Under the pieces are notes generated by a model. The model worked only from the letters and a program-made list of their open reading frames with translations, was not told the DNA's origin and made no database searches. Positions 1 through 10,133 of a stretch of 64,000 nt of DNA are shown in pieces. Within the stretch, counting starts at the first letter, position 1, and every line of letters starts with the position of its first letter. The position numbers were made by a program, and so were the translations under genes. The stretch is from an uncultured Chloroflexia bacterium (GTDB lineage Bacteria; Chloroflexota; Limnocylindria; QHBO01), in contig CAWFCQ010000004.1 of the NCBI GenBank assembly GCA_963814375.1, forward strand, positions 128,001 to 192,000, written 5' to 3'.

Positions 1-1046
1 ACTGGCAGCGCGAGGTCAGCGATCCGACCGAGTTCGTCGAGGGCCTCAAGCTCGACCTCTTCCAGGACCAGGTTTTCGTCTTCACGCCCAAGGGCGACGT
101 CAAGGACCTGCCGCGCGACGCGACCCCGCTCGACTTCGCGTATCGGATCCACACCGATGTCGGTCATCGGACGATCGGCGCCAAGGTCAACAACCGGCTC
201 GTGCCGCTCGATTACCGGCTGCGCAACGGCGACATCGTCGAGATCGTGACGACCAAGGCCGCTCACGGGCCGTCGCGTGACTGGTTGAACATCGTTCGCA
301 CCAGCCATGCCCGGGAGAAGATCCGCGCCTGGTTCAAGCGACAGCAGCGCGACGAGAACATCGCCCAGGGCAAGGAGCTCCTCGATCGCGAGCTCCGACG
401 CCTGGCCCACGAGACGCTCGCGTCGTTCGACGCGGCCAAGCTGACCGAGATCGCCTCGCAGTACCGGCTTCGCGAGCTCGACGACTTCTACGCCGCCATC
501 GGCTATGGGGCGATCAGCTCCGCCTCGGTGGTGAGCAAGCTCGAGATCCACGACGACGCCGCCATCACCCTGCCCGAGGAGGCGCCGCCCGCCGCGCCGA
601 CGACGACCGGGATCAAGGTGAAGGGTGTGGGCGACCTGCTCGTGCGCTTCGCCAACTGCTGCTCGCCGATCCCCGGCGACGACATCACCGGGTACGTGAC
701 CCGCGGCAAGGGCGTGACCGTGCACCGCGCCTCGTGCCCGTCCGTCCTCAGCGAGCGAGACATCGAGCGGCTCATCGACGTCGATTGGGAGCTCGCCGGC
801 CAGCAGACGTACCCGATCAGCGTGCGGATCACGGCGCTCGACCGGCCGGGCCTGCTCAACGAGGTCACCAACGTGGTGGCCGAGTACAAGGTCAACATCG
901 TCGCCGCCTCGGTCGCGACCCATCCCGATGGGACCGCAATGATCACGGCGACGTTCAAGGTGACCTCGCTCCAGCAGCTGGCCAAGGTGCTGACGAAGAT
1001 CGAGCGGCTGCGGGACGTCACGTCGGTCACGCGCGAGGCGCGCTGA
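1..1046 (+). CDS. relA: (p)ppGpp synthetase/hydrolase RelA/SpoT, C-terminal part (5' truncated by window)
   Basis: Frame open from position 3: FVFTPKGD..LP..ATPLDFAYRIHTDVG (TGS), FANCCSPIPGDDITGYVTRGKG (ZFD), DRPGLLNEVT (ACT). Confidence 0.96.
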   Translation, partial: WQREVSDPTEFVEGLKLDLFQDQVFVFTPKGDVKDLPRDATPLDFAYRIHTDVGHRTIGAKVNNRLVPLDYRLRNGDIVEIVTTKAAHGPSRDWLNIVRTSHAREKIRAWFKRQQRDENIAQGKELLDRELRRLAHETLASFDAAKLTEIASQYRLRELDDFYAAIGYGAISSASVVSKLEIHDDAAITLPEEAPPAAPTTTGIKVKGVGDLLVRFANCCSPIPGDDITGYVTRGKGVTVHRASCPSVLSERDIERLIDVDWELAGQQTYPISVRITALDRPGLLNEVTNVVAEYKVNIVAASVATHPDGTAMITATFKVTSLQQLAKVLTKIERLRDVTSVTREAR

Positions 1047-1049
1047 CCG

Positions 1050-1331
1050 ATGAAGGGCGATCGGGTCGAGGCGGTGGTGGATACCGGCCAGGGTGGCACC
1101 CAGACCTTCGAGATCGCCGCGACCCGCGCTGGCCGGCGCATCGAGGTGACGACCGCTCGCGGCGTGGTTGAAGTCAGCGAGGTGACCCGGAGCGGCACTC
1201 CGGTGCGCACTGGCCGCTTCATGCAGAGCAGGCTCGTCGCCCTGGTCGAGCATCCGGCCCACGAGGAGTCCAGCGAGCGCCCCGTGGAGGTCTCGACCCG
1301 CCGGCGCATGGGCACCCAATCGAGCGAGTGA
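1050..1331 (+). CDS. Hypothetical small beta-rich protein
   Basis: 93-aa ORF 3 bp after relA stop, GTGA overlap with next gene, normal composition. Confidence 0.7.
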   Translation: MKGDRVEAVVDTGQGGTQTFEIAATRAGRRIEVTTARGVVEVSEVTRSGTPVRTGRFMQSRLVALVEHPAHEESSERPVEVSTRRRMGTQSSE

Positions 1332-1672
1332 GCGAAGGGCCGCCGATCGAGCGGGTGCGCGGCCTGTGCCTGGCATGGCCCGAGGTGACCGAGCGGGTCA
1401 GTCACGGCGAGCCAACGTGGTTCCATCGCGACAAGCGGAGCTTCGCCACCGGCGCGGACCATCATCACGACGACCGCGTGGCCGTCTGGCTGGCAGCCCC
1501 ACCCGGCGCCCGCGACGCCCTGGTGGAGGCCGAGCCCGAGCGCTACTTCGTTCCGCCGTACGTCGGGCACCGCGGCTGGATCGGCGTCTATCTCGACGTC
1601 ACGGTCGACTGGGAGACACTTGAGGAGCTCGTCGGCAGCGCGTACCACACGATCGCATTACCGGGCCGATAG
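1328..1672 (+). CDS. MmcQ/YjbR family protein
   Basis: CLAWPEVTERVSHGEPTWF...YFVPPYVGHRGWIGVYLD motifs. Confidence 0.85.
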   Translation: MSEGPPIERVRGLCLAWPEVTERVSHGEPTWFHRDKRSFATGADHHHDDRVAVWLAAPPGARDALVEAEPERYFVPPYVGHRGWIGVYLDVTVDWETLEELVGSAYHTIALPGR

Positions 1673-1683
1673 ACTCGCAGCCG

Positions 1684-2946
1684 ATGGCCACGAAGATCGG
1701 CGCCCCCCGGGGCACGCGAGACCTTCTCCCCGAGGAGGCCGCTGCCTGGGATCACATCGAGGCCGTCGCGCGCGACCTGAGCCGGCGATACGCATTCGAG
1801 CGCATCGAGATCCCCATCTTCGAGCGCGTCGAGCTCTTCGCGCGCGGCCTCGGCGAGTCGTCGGATGCCGTCGAGAAGGAGATGTTCGGGGTCTCCGGAC
1901 CGGGCGGCAGCGACGAGGACCAAGCCGAATGGGCGCTGCGTCCGGAGCCGACGGCCGGGATCATGCGCGCCTTCATCGAGCACGGCATGCACGTGCGACC
2001 CGGGCCGTTGCGCCTGGCCATGATCGGGCCGATGTTCCGGTACGACCGGCCCCAGGCCGGGCGATATCGCCAGTTCAGCCAGTGGGACGTCGAGGTCGTC
2101 GGAGATCCCGGCCCGGCGGTCGACGCCGAGCTCGTTGAGCTGGCGCATCGGTTCTACGCTGAGGTCGGGCTGACCGATGTCGTCGCTCACGTGAACTCGA
2201 TCGGCGACGCCACGTGCCGGCCGGCGTACCGCCAGGCGCTGGTCGACTACTTCACCGAGCATCGCGACCGGCTGACGGAGGACTCACGACGCCGCCTCGA
2301 GGTCAACCCGCTGCGCGTGCTCGACGACAAGCAGCTGGTGGCCGACCTGGCCGATGGCGCCCCGAAGAGCACCGATCACCTGTGCGACGAGTGCCGGGCC
2401 CACTTCCATGCGTTCCTCGACCTGCTCGACGCGCTTGGCATCCGCCATGTCGTCGACCACCGCCTGGTACGAGGCCTCGACTACTACACCCGCACCGCGT
2501 TCGAGTTCGTCATCGCCGGGCGCGAGGGGCAGCAGCAGGCGGTCGGCGGCGGCGGTCGCTACGACGGCCTGGTGGAGCTGCTGGGCGGACGCGCCACGCC
2601 GGGCATCGGCTTCGGCATCGGCATCGATCGGACGGCCATCGCGTTGGCGGAGCAGGCGGTGGTTCTTCCGGACCGCGCCGCGCTGCTGGCAATCGTCGGC
2701 ATGGGTGACGACCAGGCCGTCCGACTGCGCGTGGCCTCACGGCTCCGCGACGCGGGGCTGGCCGTCCGTCCGGACGGCAGCGGCCGCAAGCTCGGCAAGC
2801 AGCTCGAGTCGGCCGCGAAGGCCGGCGCCCGCTGGGCGGTGATCATCGGCGAGGACGGCACCGATCAGGTGGAGCTGAAGGACCTCGAGAGCGGCGAGCA
2901 GCGGTCGCTCGGCGTGGACGAGGTGGCGGCGGTCGTCAGCGGATGA
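1684..2946 (+). CDS. hisS: Histidine--tRNA ligase
   Basis: PRGTRD, LRPEPTAG, FRYDRPQAGRYRQF, LVRGLDYY, GGGRYDGL. Confidence 0.98.
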   Translation: MATKIGAPRGTRDLLPEEAAAWDHIEAVARDLSRRYAFERIEIPIFERVELFARGLGESSDAVEKEMFGVSGPGGSDEDQAEWALRPEPTAGIMRAFIEHGMHVRPGPLRLAMIGPMFRYDRPQAGRYRQFSQWDVEVVGDPGPAVDAELVELAHRFYAEVGLTDVVAHVNSIGDATCRPAYRQALVDYFTEHRDRLTEDSRRRLEVNPLRVLDDKQLVADLADGAPKSTDHLCDECRAHFHAFLDLLDALGIRHVVDHRLVRGLDYYTRTAFEFVIAGREGQQQAVGGGGRYDGLVELLGGRATPGIGFGIGIDRTAIALAEQAVVLPDRAALLAIVGMGDDQAVRLRVASRLRDAGLAVRPDGSGRKLGKQLESAAKAGARWAVIIGEDGTDQVELKDLESGEQRSLGVDEVAAVVSG

Positions 2947-3733
2947 TCGCGGCGGTGATCATCACCGCCAGGCTCGCCACGAGGCTGATCACAAGCACGC
3001 CGAGGATGACGCCGGTCCGATAGGAGAAGGCGTAGCGCTGTGGACGGTCGCCAAGCTCCGGCCGCATCGCAGCCAGCGGACCGATCGCATCGCCACCGCC
3101 GACCGCCGCCCGACGCGCCTTGGCAGCCGCGACCATGGCGCGCGCCGCCAGTGAGCGATCGTCGCGGACCTCGGGCTCGGCCGCGGCCATGGCGCCGAGG
3201 TGCTCCGGGCCGTTCGAGACGAACGAGATCCACTCCTCGAGCGCGGCGCGCTCGAATCGCTGCCAGGGTGTGTCGGTGGGAAGCGCCTCGAGCCGCTGCC
3301 ATGCCTCGTCCAGCTCTCCCCGTGCCGCAAGGAGCTCCACCCGCAGAGGACGGAGGCCCATCGTGTCGGGCAACGTGTCGAGCATCTGCGGCGACGAGCG
3401 CGGCAGGGCGGGGAGACGGTTGCCGACCTCGTGCTGCCAGCGCTCGGTCTCCCATCCGTTCAGCCAGGTCATGACCTCGATCGCGTGCCGCACCGCACGC
3501 CGCTGGACGAGCAGCCATACCGGCGCGGCGACCAGGGCGAAGACGAGTGCGTCGATGAACTGCCGCCACGGCGTGTCGACGATGTCGAAGAGGAGCGCGT
3601 CGGCCACGAACGAGGCGAGGAAGCCGCTCCCCAGCCCGGCCACCGCCGGGATCGAGAACGGGCCGATCGACTGCTCGCGACGCAGGGCCTCGCGGAGCGC
3701 CAGGAGCCGCTGCTGCCGGGTCATCATCGTCAT
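2936..3733 (-). CDS. Hypothetical membrane protein (2 N-terminal TM, helical repeat-like middle, C-terminal TM)
   Basis: C-terminal 265 aa of ORF 2936..4363; start placed at ATG 3733 (MTMMTRQQR); hydrophobic segments. Confidence 0.7.
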   Translation of the reverse strand: MTMMTRQQRLLALREALRREQSIGPFSIPAVAGLGSGFLASFVADALLFDIVDTPWRQFIDALVFALVAAPVWLLVQRRAVRHAIEVMTWLNGWETERWQHEVGNRLPALPRSSPQMLDTLPDTMGLRPLRVELLAARGELDEAWQRLEALPTDTPWQRFERAALEEWISFVSNGPEHLGAMAAAEPEVRDDRSLAARAMVAAAKARRAAVGGGDAIGPLAAMRPELGDRPQRYAFSYRTGVILGVLVISLVASLAVMITAAIIR

Positions 3734-3793
3734 TCGCCGGACAGCATGGCAGGTCCAGTGGGCATCGGCGCATCGGCTACCATTCACGCTCCC

Positions 3794-5578
3794 ATGAGCA
3801 CCTCCTTCCGGACGCACACCTGTGGCGAGCTGCGCGCCGCGGACGACGGCGAGCGGGTCACGCTGGCCGGGTGGGTGCATCGGCGGCGCGATCACGGGCA
3901 TCTCGCCTTCTTCGACCTCCGAGACCGCCACGGCATCACCCAGGTGGTGACGAGCGCCGAGGAGGCGGCCGATGCGCACGCCGCCGCCGAGCCGGTGCGC
4001 AACGAGTGGGTCGTCCAGGTCGAGGGCGTCGTGCGGGCACGGCCCGCGGGCACGGCCAACACCGAGCTGCCGACCGGTGAGATCGAGGTTGCGGTCGATC
4101 GCCTCACCGTGCTCAACGCGTCGAAGGTGCCGCCGTTCTACATCAACGAGGAGCAGGCCGGCCTCGACGAGAGCCTGCGGCTGAAGCATCGCTATCTCGA
4201 CCTTCGCAGGCCGGAGCTCCAGCGGAGAATCCTGCTTCGATCTCGGCTCGCGGGAGCCATCCGGCGCACGCTCGAGGCCGATGGCTTCGCCGACATCGAG
4301 ACGCCCACGCTCATCCGCTCGACGCCGGAGGGAGCGCGCGACTTCGTCGTTCCCAGCCGCCAACAGCCGGGCGAGTTCTACGCGCTGCCGCAGTCGCCGC
4401 AGCAGCTCAAGCAGCTGCTCATGGTCGCCGGCTACGACCGGTACTACCAGCTCGCGCGCTGCTACCGCGACGAGGACTCACGCGGAGATCGCCAGCCGGA
4501 GTTCACCCAGCTCGATCTCGAGATGAGCTTCGTGGCCGAGGAGGACGTCATGTCCACCGTCGAGCGCACGGTCGCGGCGGTCAGCCGCGAGATCCTGCCC
4601 GACCGGCCGATCCTCCACGATCCCTTCCCGCGGCTCACGTACGCCGAGGCGATGGCACGTTATGGCTCGGACAAGCCCGATATCCGTTTCGGAATGGAGC
4701 TGGTCGAGCTGTCGGACGCGGTCCGCGGCGTCGACTTCCGCGTCTTCTCCGAGCCGATCGCCGCGGGTGGCGCCGTCTACGGCATCACCGCAGCCGGCTG
4801 CGCGGACTACTCGCGCAAGCAGCTCGACGAGCTGACCGACCTCGCCAAGCGCCACGGCGCGAAGGGGCTCGTCCACCTGTCGGTGCAGCCCGACGGTTCG
4901 CTTCATGGGCCGGCCGCCAAGTTTCTGGAGGGTCACGAGACGGCCGTGCTGGCCGCGGCGGGTGCGTCGGCCGGCGATCTCGTCCTCATCGTCGCCGATG
5001 CCGATCCCATCGCTGCAGCCGAGGCGCTCGGCCACGTTCGCCTGGAGATCGGGGAGCGGCTCGGGCAGCGCGATCCATCGGTGCTGGCCTTCGTGTGGGT
5101 CCACCGCTTCCCGATGTTCACCTGGGACGCCGAAGGACAGCGCTGGGACGCGACCCACAACCCGTTCAGCGCGCCGGTGCCGGAGGACGCCGAACGCATC
5201 GAGTCCGACCCGGCATCGGTGCGCGCGCAGCAGTACGACCTCGCGCTCAACGGCTGGGAGCTCGGTGGCGGGTCCGTGCGGATCCACCAGCGGCCGCTGC
5301 TCGAGCGGGCGTTCGCGCTGATGGGCCACTCGGTGGAGGGAATGCGCGACGAGTTCGGCGCGCTCCTCGATGCCCTCGAGTACGGCGCGCCCCCGCACGG
5401 CGGCATCGCCATCGGCCTCGATCGCTGGGCCGCCCTCTTCGCCGACGTCGACAACATTCGCGAAGTCATGGCCTTCCCGAAGACGCAGTCCGGCAGCGAC
5501 CTCATGATGTCGGCACCATCACCGATCGCCCCGCAGCAGCTGGACGAGCTCCGCCTGAGCCTGGTCGAGGAGAGCTGA
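3794..5578 (+). CDS. aspS: Aspartate--tRNA ligase
   Basis: FRTHTCGELR, STPEGARDF, LPQSPQ, DRQPEFTQLD, GAPPHGGIA; ATG at 3794. Confidence 0.98.
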   Translation: MSTSFRTHTCGELRAADDGERVTLAGWVHRRRDHGHLAFFDLRDRHGITQVVTSAEEAADAHAAAEPVRNEWVVQVEGVVRARPAGTANTELPTGEIEVAVDRLTVLNASKVPPFYINEEQAGLDESLRLKHRYLDLRRPELQRRILLRSRLAGAIRRTLEADGFADIETPTLIRSTPEGARDFVVPSRQQPGEFYALPQSPQQLKQLLMVAGYDRYYQLARCYRDEDSRGDRQPEFTQLDLEMSFVAEEDVMSTVERTVAAVSREILPDRPILHDPFPRLTYAEAMARYGSDKPDIRFGMELVELSDAVRGVDFRVFSEPIAAGGAVYGITAAGCADYSRKQLDELTDLAKRHGAKGLVHLSVQPDGSLHGPAAKFLEGHETAVLAAAGASAGDLVLIVADADPIAAAEALGHVRLEIGERLGQRDPSVLAFVWVHRFPMFTWDAEGQRWDATHNPFSAPVPEDAERIESDPASVRAQQYDLALNGWELGGGSVRIHQRPLLERAFALMGHSVEGMRDEFGALLDALEYGAPPHGGIAIGLDRWAALFADVDNIREVMAFPKTQSGSDLMMSAPSPIAPQQLDELRLSLVEES

Positions 5579-5962
5579 TCAGCCGTCGGGCGGCAGGTAG
5601 CTCCCGTCCGCGTCGTGGGTCTCCTGGCCGGTCAGGGCCGGATTAAAGACACACACCAACCGCAGGGGTGAGATGACGCGGATCGTGTGACGGCCGTTGC
5701 CGGGAGCATACGCGTCGCCTGGCCCGAGGCGGTGAACCGCGCCGGTGTCGCGCTCGGTGAGCTCCGCCTCGCCCTCGATGACGAAGCACGCCTCCTGGTG
5801 GTGCTTGTACCAGAGCTGCATCGTGCGTCCCGCCTCGACCGTCGTCTCGGAGAGGGAAAAGCCGAGCCCGTCGGCCCGCACGAAGTGGCGGCGGGCACGC
5901 CAACCCTCGCCGCGCACGTCGTGATCGGTGTCGGTGATCTCCTCCAGCGTTCGAACGATCAT
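5579..5962 (-). CDS. ectC: Ectoine synthase (EctC)-like cupin, solitary
   Basis: MIVRTLEEI, DGLGFS, WYKHHQEAC, CVFNPALTGQETHDADGSY; GGAGG RBS before ATG 5962. Confidence 0.85.
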   Translation of the reverse strand: MIVRTLEEITDTDHDVRGEGWRARRHFVRADGLGFSLSETTVEAGRTMQLWYKHHQEACFVIEGEAELTERDTGAVHRLGPGDAYAPGNGRHTIRVISPLRLVCVFNPALTGQETHDADGSYLPPDG

Positions 5963-6024
5963 CTGTGCCTCCCATGACTGAGCCGGCGACGGCATCGGCC
6001 GACCACCGCGACTATCATCGGTCC

Positions 6025-7170
6025 ATGGCGATCTACCTCGATCACGCGGCGACGTCGCCGCTGCGACCGGAGGTGCTCGAGGCCATGCTCCCGTATCTCA
6101 CCGAGCATCATGGCAACCCGTCGAGCATCCACGCGTCGGGCCGCCGCGCCCGCCAGGGCCTCGACGAGGCCCGCGAGGAGATCGCGCATCACCTTGGCGC
6201 CAAGCCCCGCGAGATCGTCTTCACCGCGAGCGGAACCGAGGCCGACAACCTGGCGCTGAAGGGCGTCGCCTGGGCCGGCACCGCGAACGGCCGCCACGTC
6301 ATCACCAGCAGCGTCGAACACAAGGCGGTGATGAACAGCGCCGCCATCCTCCACCGCAACGGCTTCGAGATCACCTACCTGCCCGTGGACCGATACGGGC
6401 GCGTCGACCCCGAGGAGCTGGCCGCCGCGATCACCGAGCGGACGACGCTCGTCAGCATCGTCTCCGCCAACAACGAGGTCGGCACCATCCAGCCGGTTGC
6501 CGAGATCGGTGGTTTGTGCCGCGACCGACGCATCCCCTTCCATACCGATGCCGTCCAGTCGGCCGCGTTCGGTCCGCCGCCGGTCGACGCGTGGCAGGCC
6601 AGCCTGGTCAGCCTCTCGGCGCACAAGCTCGGCGGGCCGAAAGGCATCGGGGCGCTCTACGTGCGGCAGGGGACCGCGATGGTCCCGCAGGTCCAGGGCG
6701 GCGCCCAGGAGCGGCAGCGCCGCGCGGGCACCGAGAACGTGGCGGCCGCGGTCGGCTTCGCCGCCGCCATGCGGCTCGCATACGCCGAGACGCCCGCCAT
6801 CAGCGAGCTGCGCGATCGGCTGATCGCCGGGTTGACGGCGCTCCCCGGTACGACGCTGACCGGGCACCCGGCCGAGCGGCTCCCGAACAGCGCGTCGTTC
6901 CTGTTCGAGGGCCTGGAGGGTGGCGACCTCGTCGCCGCGCTCGACCTCGAGGGCATCGAGGCCAGCACCGGCAGCGCCTGCACAACCGGCAGCGTCGATC
7001 CCTCTCATGTGCTCCTGGCGATGGGGATCGACGAGCAGCTGGCGCACGGGTCGCTTCGGCTCACGCTTGGCTCGGAGACGACCGCTGAGGACGTCGAGCG
7101 CACCATCGAGGTCGTCGGAGCGTGCGTCGAGCGGCTGCGGTCAGCCCGCGCGATGGTCGCCAGCGCATGA
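6025..7170 (+). CDS. iscS: Cysteine desulfurase IscS/NifS
   Basis: IYLDHAATSP, SAHKLGGPKG, RAGTEN, STGSACT; coupled to mnmA. Confidence 0.95.
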   Translation: MAIYLDHAATSPLRPEVLEAMLPYLTEHHGNPSSIHASGRRARQGLDEAREEIAHHLGAKPREIVFTASGTEADNLALKGVAWAGTANGRHVITSSVEHKAVMNSAAILHRNGFEITYLPVDRYGRVDPEELAAAITERTTLVSIVSANNEVGTIQPVAEIGGLCRDRRIPFHTDAVQSAAFGPPPVDAWQASLVSLSAHKLGGPKGIGALYVRQGTAMVPQVQGGAQERQRRAGTENVAAAVGFAAAMRLAYAETPAISELRDRLIAGLTALPGTTLTGHPAERLPNSASFLFEGLEGGDLVAALDLEGIEASTGSACTTGSVDPSHVLLAMGIDEQLAHGSLRLTLGSETTAEDVERTIEVVGACVERLRSARAMVASA

Positions 7171-8252
7171 GCCGCATCGTGGCCGCCATGAGCGGCGGGG
7201 TCGACTCGTCGGTCGCCGCGGCGCTGCTGGCGCGCGAGCAGCGTGACGACGAGATCATCGGCGTCTGGATGCGCACCCACGGAGACCTGCCGGAGGGCTA
7301 CGAGCTGTCGCGCAGCTGCTGCTCGCCGGACGCCGCCGATGACGCACGCCGGGTCGCGCAGATCGTCGGCATCCCGTTCTACGTGCTCAATGTGGAGCGC
7401 GAGTTCGGCGCGCGGGTCATCGACGCCTTCGTCGACGCCTACCTGGACGGCGCCACGCCGAACCCGTGCCAGGCCTGCAACCAGTACATCAAGTTTGACG
7501 AGCTCCTCCGCCGCGGCCTGGCAGCCTACGGAGCCGATGCGGTCGCGACCGGCCACTACGCTCGGCTCGAGCACCGCGATGGCCGATGGCGGCTGATGCG
7601 CGCCGCCGACACGGACAAGGACCAGACCTACTTCCTGTGGGTGCTCGACCAGGAGCAGCTGGCTCGCACGCGCTTCCCGCTCGGCGACCTGAAAAAGCCG
7701 GAGGTGCGCGCGATCGCGGCGGACCTCACGCTGCCGACCGCGCACAAGCCCGAGTCGCAGGAGATCTGCTTCGTTCCGCTCGGCGACTACCGTGCGCTGC
7801 TCGAGGAGCGCCGCGGATACGCCGGCGACCCCGGACCGATCGTCGACGCGGACGGGACGCGGGTCGGAACGCACACCGGCTATGCGCATTACACCGTCGG
7901 GCAGCGCCACGGCCTCGGGGTAGCGCTCGGGGAGGCGGTGTACGTGCGCGAGGTGCAGCCGGCGAGCAACACCGTCGTCATCGGGCGACGCGAGGAGGTC
8001 GCCCAGCGCTCGTTCAGCGTGGATGGCGCGCGTCTCGTGGCGGGCGAGCCGCCCGGGGAGCGCTTCACCGCCTCGGTGCGGATCCGCCACCGCGCTCCGG
8101 CGGTGCCGGCGGAGGTGACGATGGTGGGTCGCGATCGATTCGTGGTGGAGACCGTCGAGCCGGTTTGGGCCCCGGCACCGGGGCAGGCCGCGGTGCTCTA
8201 CGACGGCGACGAATGCCTTGGCGGAGGGCGCATCGCCCGCGCCGACGCCTGA
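7167..8252 (+). CDS. mnmA: tRNA 2-thiouridylase MnmA
   Basis: AMSGGVDSS, TPNPCQACN, ATGHYA, KDQTYFL, ESQEICF, PGQAAVLY; ATGA overlap. Confidence 0.97.
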   Translation: MSRIVAAMSGGVDSSVAAALLAREQRDDEIIGVWMRTHGDLPEGYELSRSCCSPDAADDARRVAQIVGIPFYVLNVEREFGARVIDAFVDAYLDGATPNPCQACNQYIKFDELLRRGLAAYGADAVATGHYARLEHRDGRWRLMRAADTDKDQTYFLWVLDQEQLARTRFPLGDLKKPEVRAIAADLTLPTAHKPESQEICFVPLGDYRALLEERRGYAGDPGPIVDADGTRVGTHTGYAHYTVGQRHGLGVALGEAVYVREVQPASNTVVIGRREEVAQRSFSVDGARLVAGEPPGERFTASVRIRHRAPAVPAEVTMVGRDRFVVETVEPVWAPAPGQAAVLYDGDECLGGGRIARADA

Positions 8253-8264
8253 GGCGCGGCTCGC

Positions 8265-8538
8265 GTGCCTCCCTGGCTGATCTGGGTTCCGCTCCTGGCG
8301 CTCATCAACCTGCTGGTGTTCGTGACGATTCGAGGGCGCTGGGGCCGCTCGTTCTGGCTCCTGGCGGCTGCCGCGGTGATCGGCGTCGTGATCGGCGACC
8401 AGGTCGCCGGACGGATTGGCCTCGACCTCATCCGGATCGGAGAGATGCACGTGCTCGGGAGCGTCGATTGCGGCCCAGCTGTTCATGCTGGCGGTGGTGC
8501 TGCTCGGAGCGCTCGGCCCGGTCCGCGTCGAGGACTGA
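8265..8538 (+). CDS. Small 3-TM membrane protein, apparent +1 frameshift near 8457
   Basis: MPPWLIWVPLLAL...MHVLG continues in +1 frame as ASIAAQLFMLAVVLLGALGPVRVED* (TGA 8536-8538); extra G in CTCGGGA. Confidence 0.65.
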
Positions 8539-8605
8539 CGGACGAGAGCACTCGACGGAGCAACCGTCGCGCCGATAGGATGGATCCCCCGAACCGAGGC
8601 GTCAC

Positions 8606-10133
8606 ATGGCCACTGCCCTCGCCGGCGCGCGCGTCCCGCCCGCGCCTTCCCTCGATCGCGCCGCGCGCGCGACAATCAGCGTCACGCTCCACGCTGCCGG
8701 ATGGCGCAACCGCGATCGGCGTTCCGGTCGCTTCGTCCGGCCCGGTCCCGGCCGCGCTCGGCGTCGACCGGCGGCGGCTGAAGTCGTGGGGCTTCGACGG
8801 CTCGGTCGGGTCGACCTTCGTGGTCCCGGCGTCGGACGGGCGCCTGCACGTCGCCGGTGGCGTGGGGGACGCCACCGCCCTGGATTCATCGGCGATCCGC
8901 CACGCCGCGGCCGCGTTTGCTCGCGCAGCCGCCGGGCACGATCAGCTCGCAGTCAGCCTCGAGCGCGTGGCTGTCGACGTGGCGGCCGCCGTCCAGGCGA
9001 CGGTCGAGGGGGTCCTCCTGGCGCGCTACCGCTATGACGCGCTGCGCAGCTCACCCGGCGCCAAGCGCGTGCGGCGCCTGGCGCTCGTGGTTCAGCCGGA
9101 CGATGTGGCCGCCGCACGCCTGGGGGCGAAGCGAGGGCAGGCGCTCGCCGGCGCGACGATGCTGGCACGCGACCTGGCGAACTCGCCGCACAACCACCTG
9201 AGCGCATCGCGCATGGCCGAGATCGCGATCGGCCTCGGCGCCGAGCACGGCTTCGACGTCGAGGTCTTCGACGAGGGGGTTCTGGTCGAGATGGGGATCG
9301 GCGGCCTGCTCGGCGTCAATGCCGGCAGCTCTGAGCCGCCGCGGATGATCAAGCTCAGCTATCGACCGGAGTCGCCGACCGGCCGCCTGGCGATGGTCGG
9401 CAAGGGAATCATGTACGACTCCGGCGGGATCGCGCTCAAGCCCGCGGACCTCGTCCACGCGGCCATGAAGAACGACATGTCCGGCGCCGGGGCGATCCTG
9501 GCCGCATTTGCCGAGCTGCGCGAGCTCGGATGCACGACCGAGGTGACCGGGTTCCTGATGTGCACCGACAGCATGCCGTCCGGCACGGCCATGGCCCTCG
9601 GTGACGTGATCACCATCCGAGGTGGCACGACCATCGAGGTGCTCAACACAGATGCCGAGGGCCGGCTGGTGATGGCCGACGCCCTCGTCCTGGCGACCGA
9701 GGAGGGGCACGACGCGATCGTCGACATCGCGACTCTCACCGGCGCCACACAGCGGGCCTTCGGTCGTGACATCGCCAGCGTCTTCGGCAACGACGACGGC
9801 CTCGTCGACCAGGTGCGTGCCGCCGCGGACGCCAGCGATGAGAAGGTCTGGCCGATGCCGCTGCATCGGCCCTACCGGGCGATGCTGAGCTCGAACGTGG
9901 CCGACATGTCGAACATGGCCTACGGCGACGGCGGCGCGATCACCGCCGCGCTCTTCCTGGCCGAGTTCGTCGGCCAGACGCCGTGGGCGCACATCGACAT
10001 CGCGGGGACCGCTCAGGCGGATCGGGACAGCTCATGGACGACGGCGGGCTGCACCGGGTTCGGTGCGCGCCTGCTGGTGGAGCTCGCCGTGGGCTTCACG
10101 CCCCCGCGGGCGACGGAGGTTGGCGCGAGCTAG
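8606..10133 (+). CDS. pepA: Leucyl aminopeptidase (M17), apparent +1 frameshift near 8684
   Basis: VGKGIMYDSGG, MKNDMSGA, NTDAEGRL, IATLTGA, WAHIDIAG; N-terminus MATALAGARVPPAPSLDR in adjacent frame with GAGG upstream. Confidence 0.9.

Noticed and set aside
8265-10133. Membrane protein-PepA fusion (622 aa)
   Set aside because: Produced by two +1 breaks; each gene has its own start and stop in neighbouring frames
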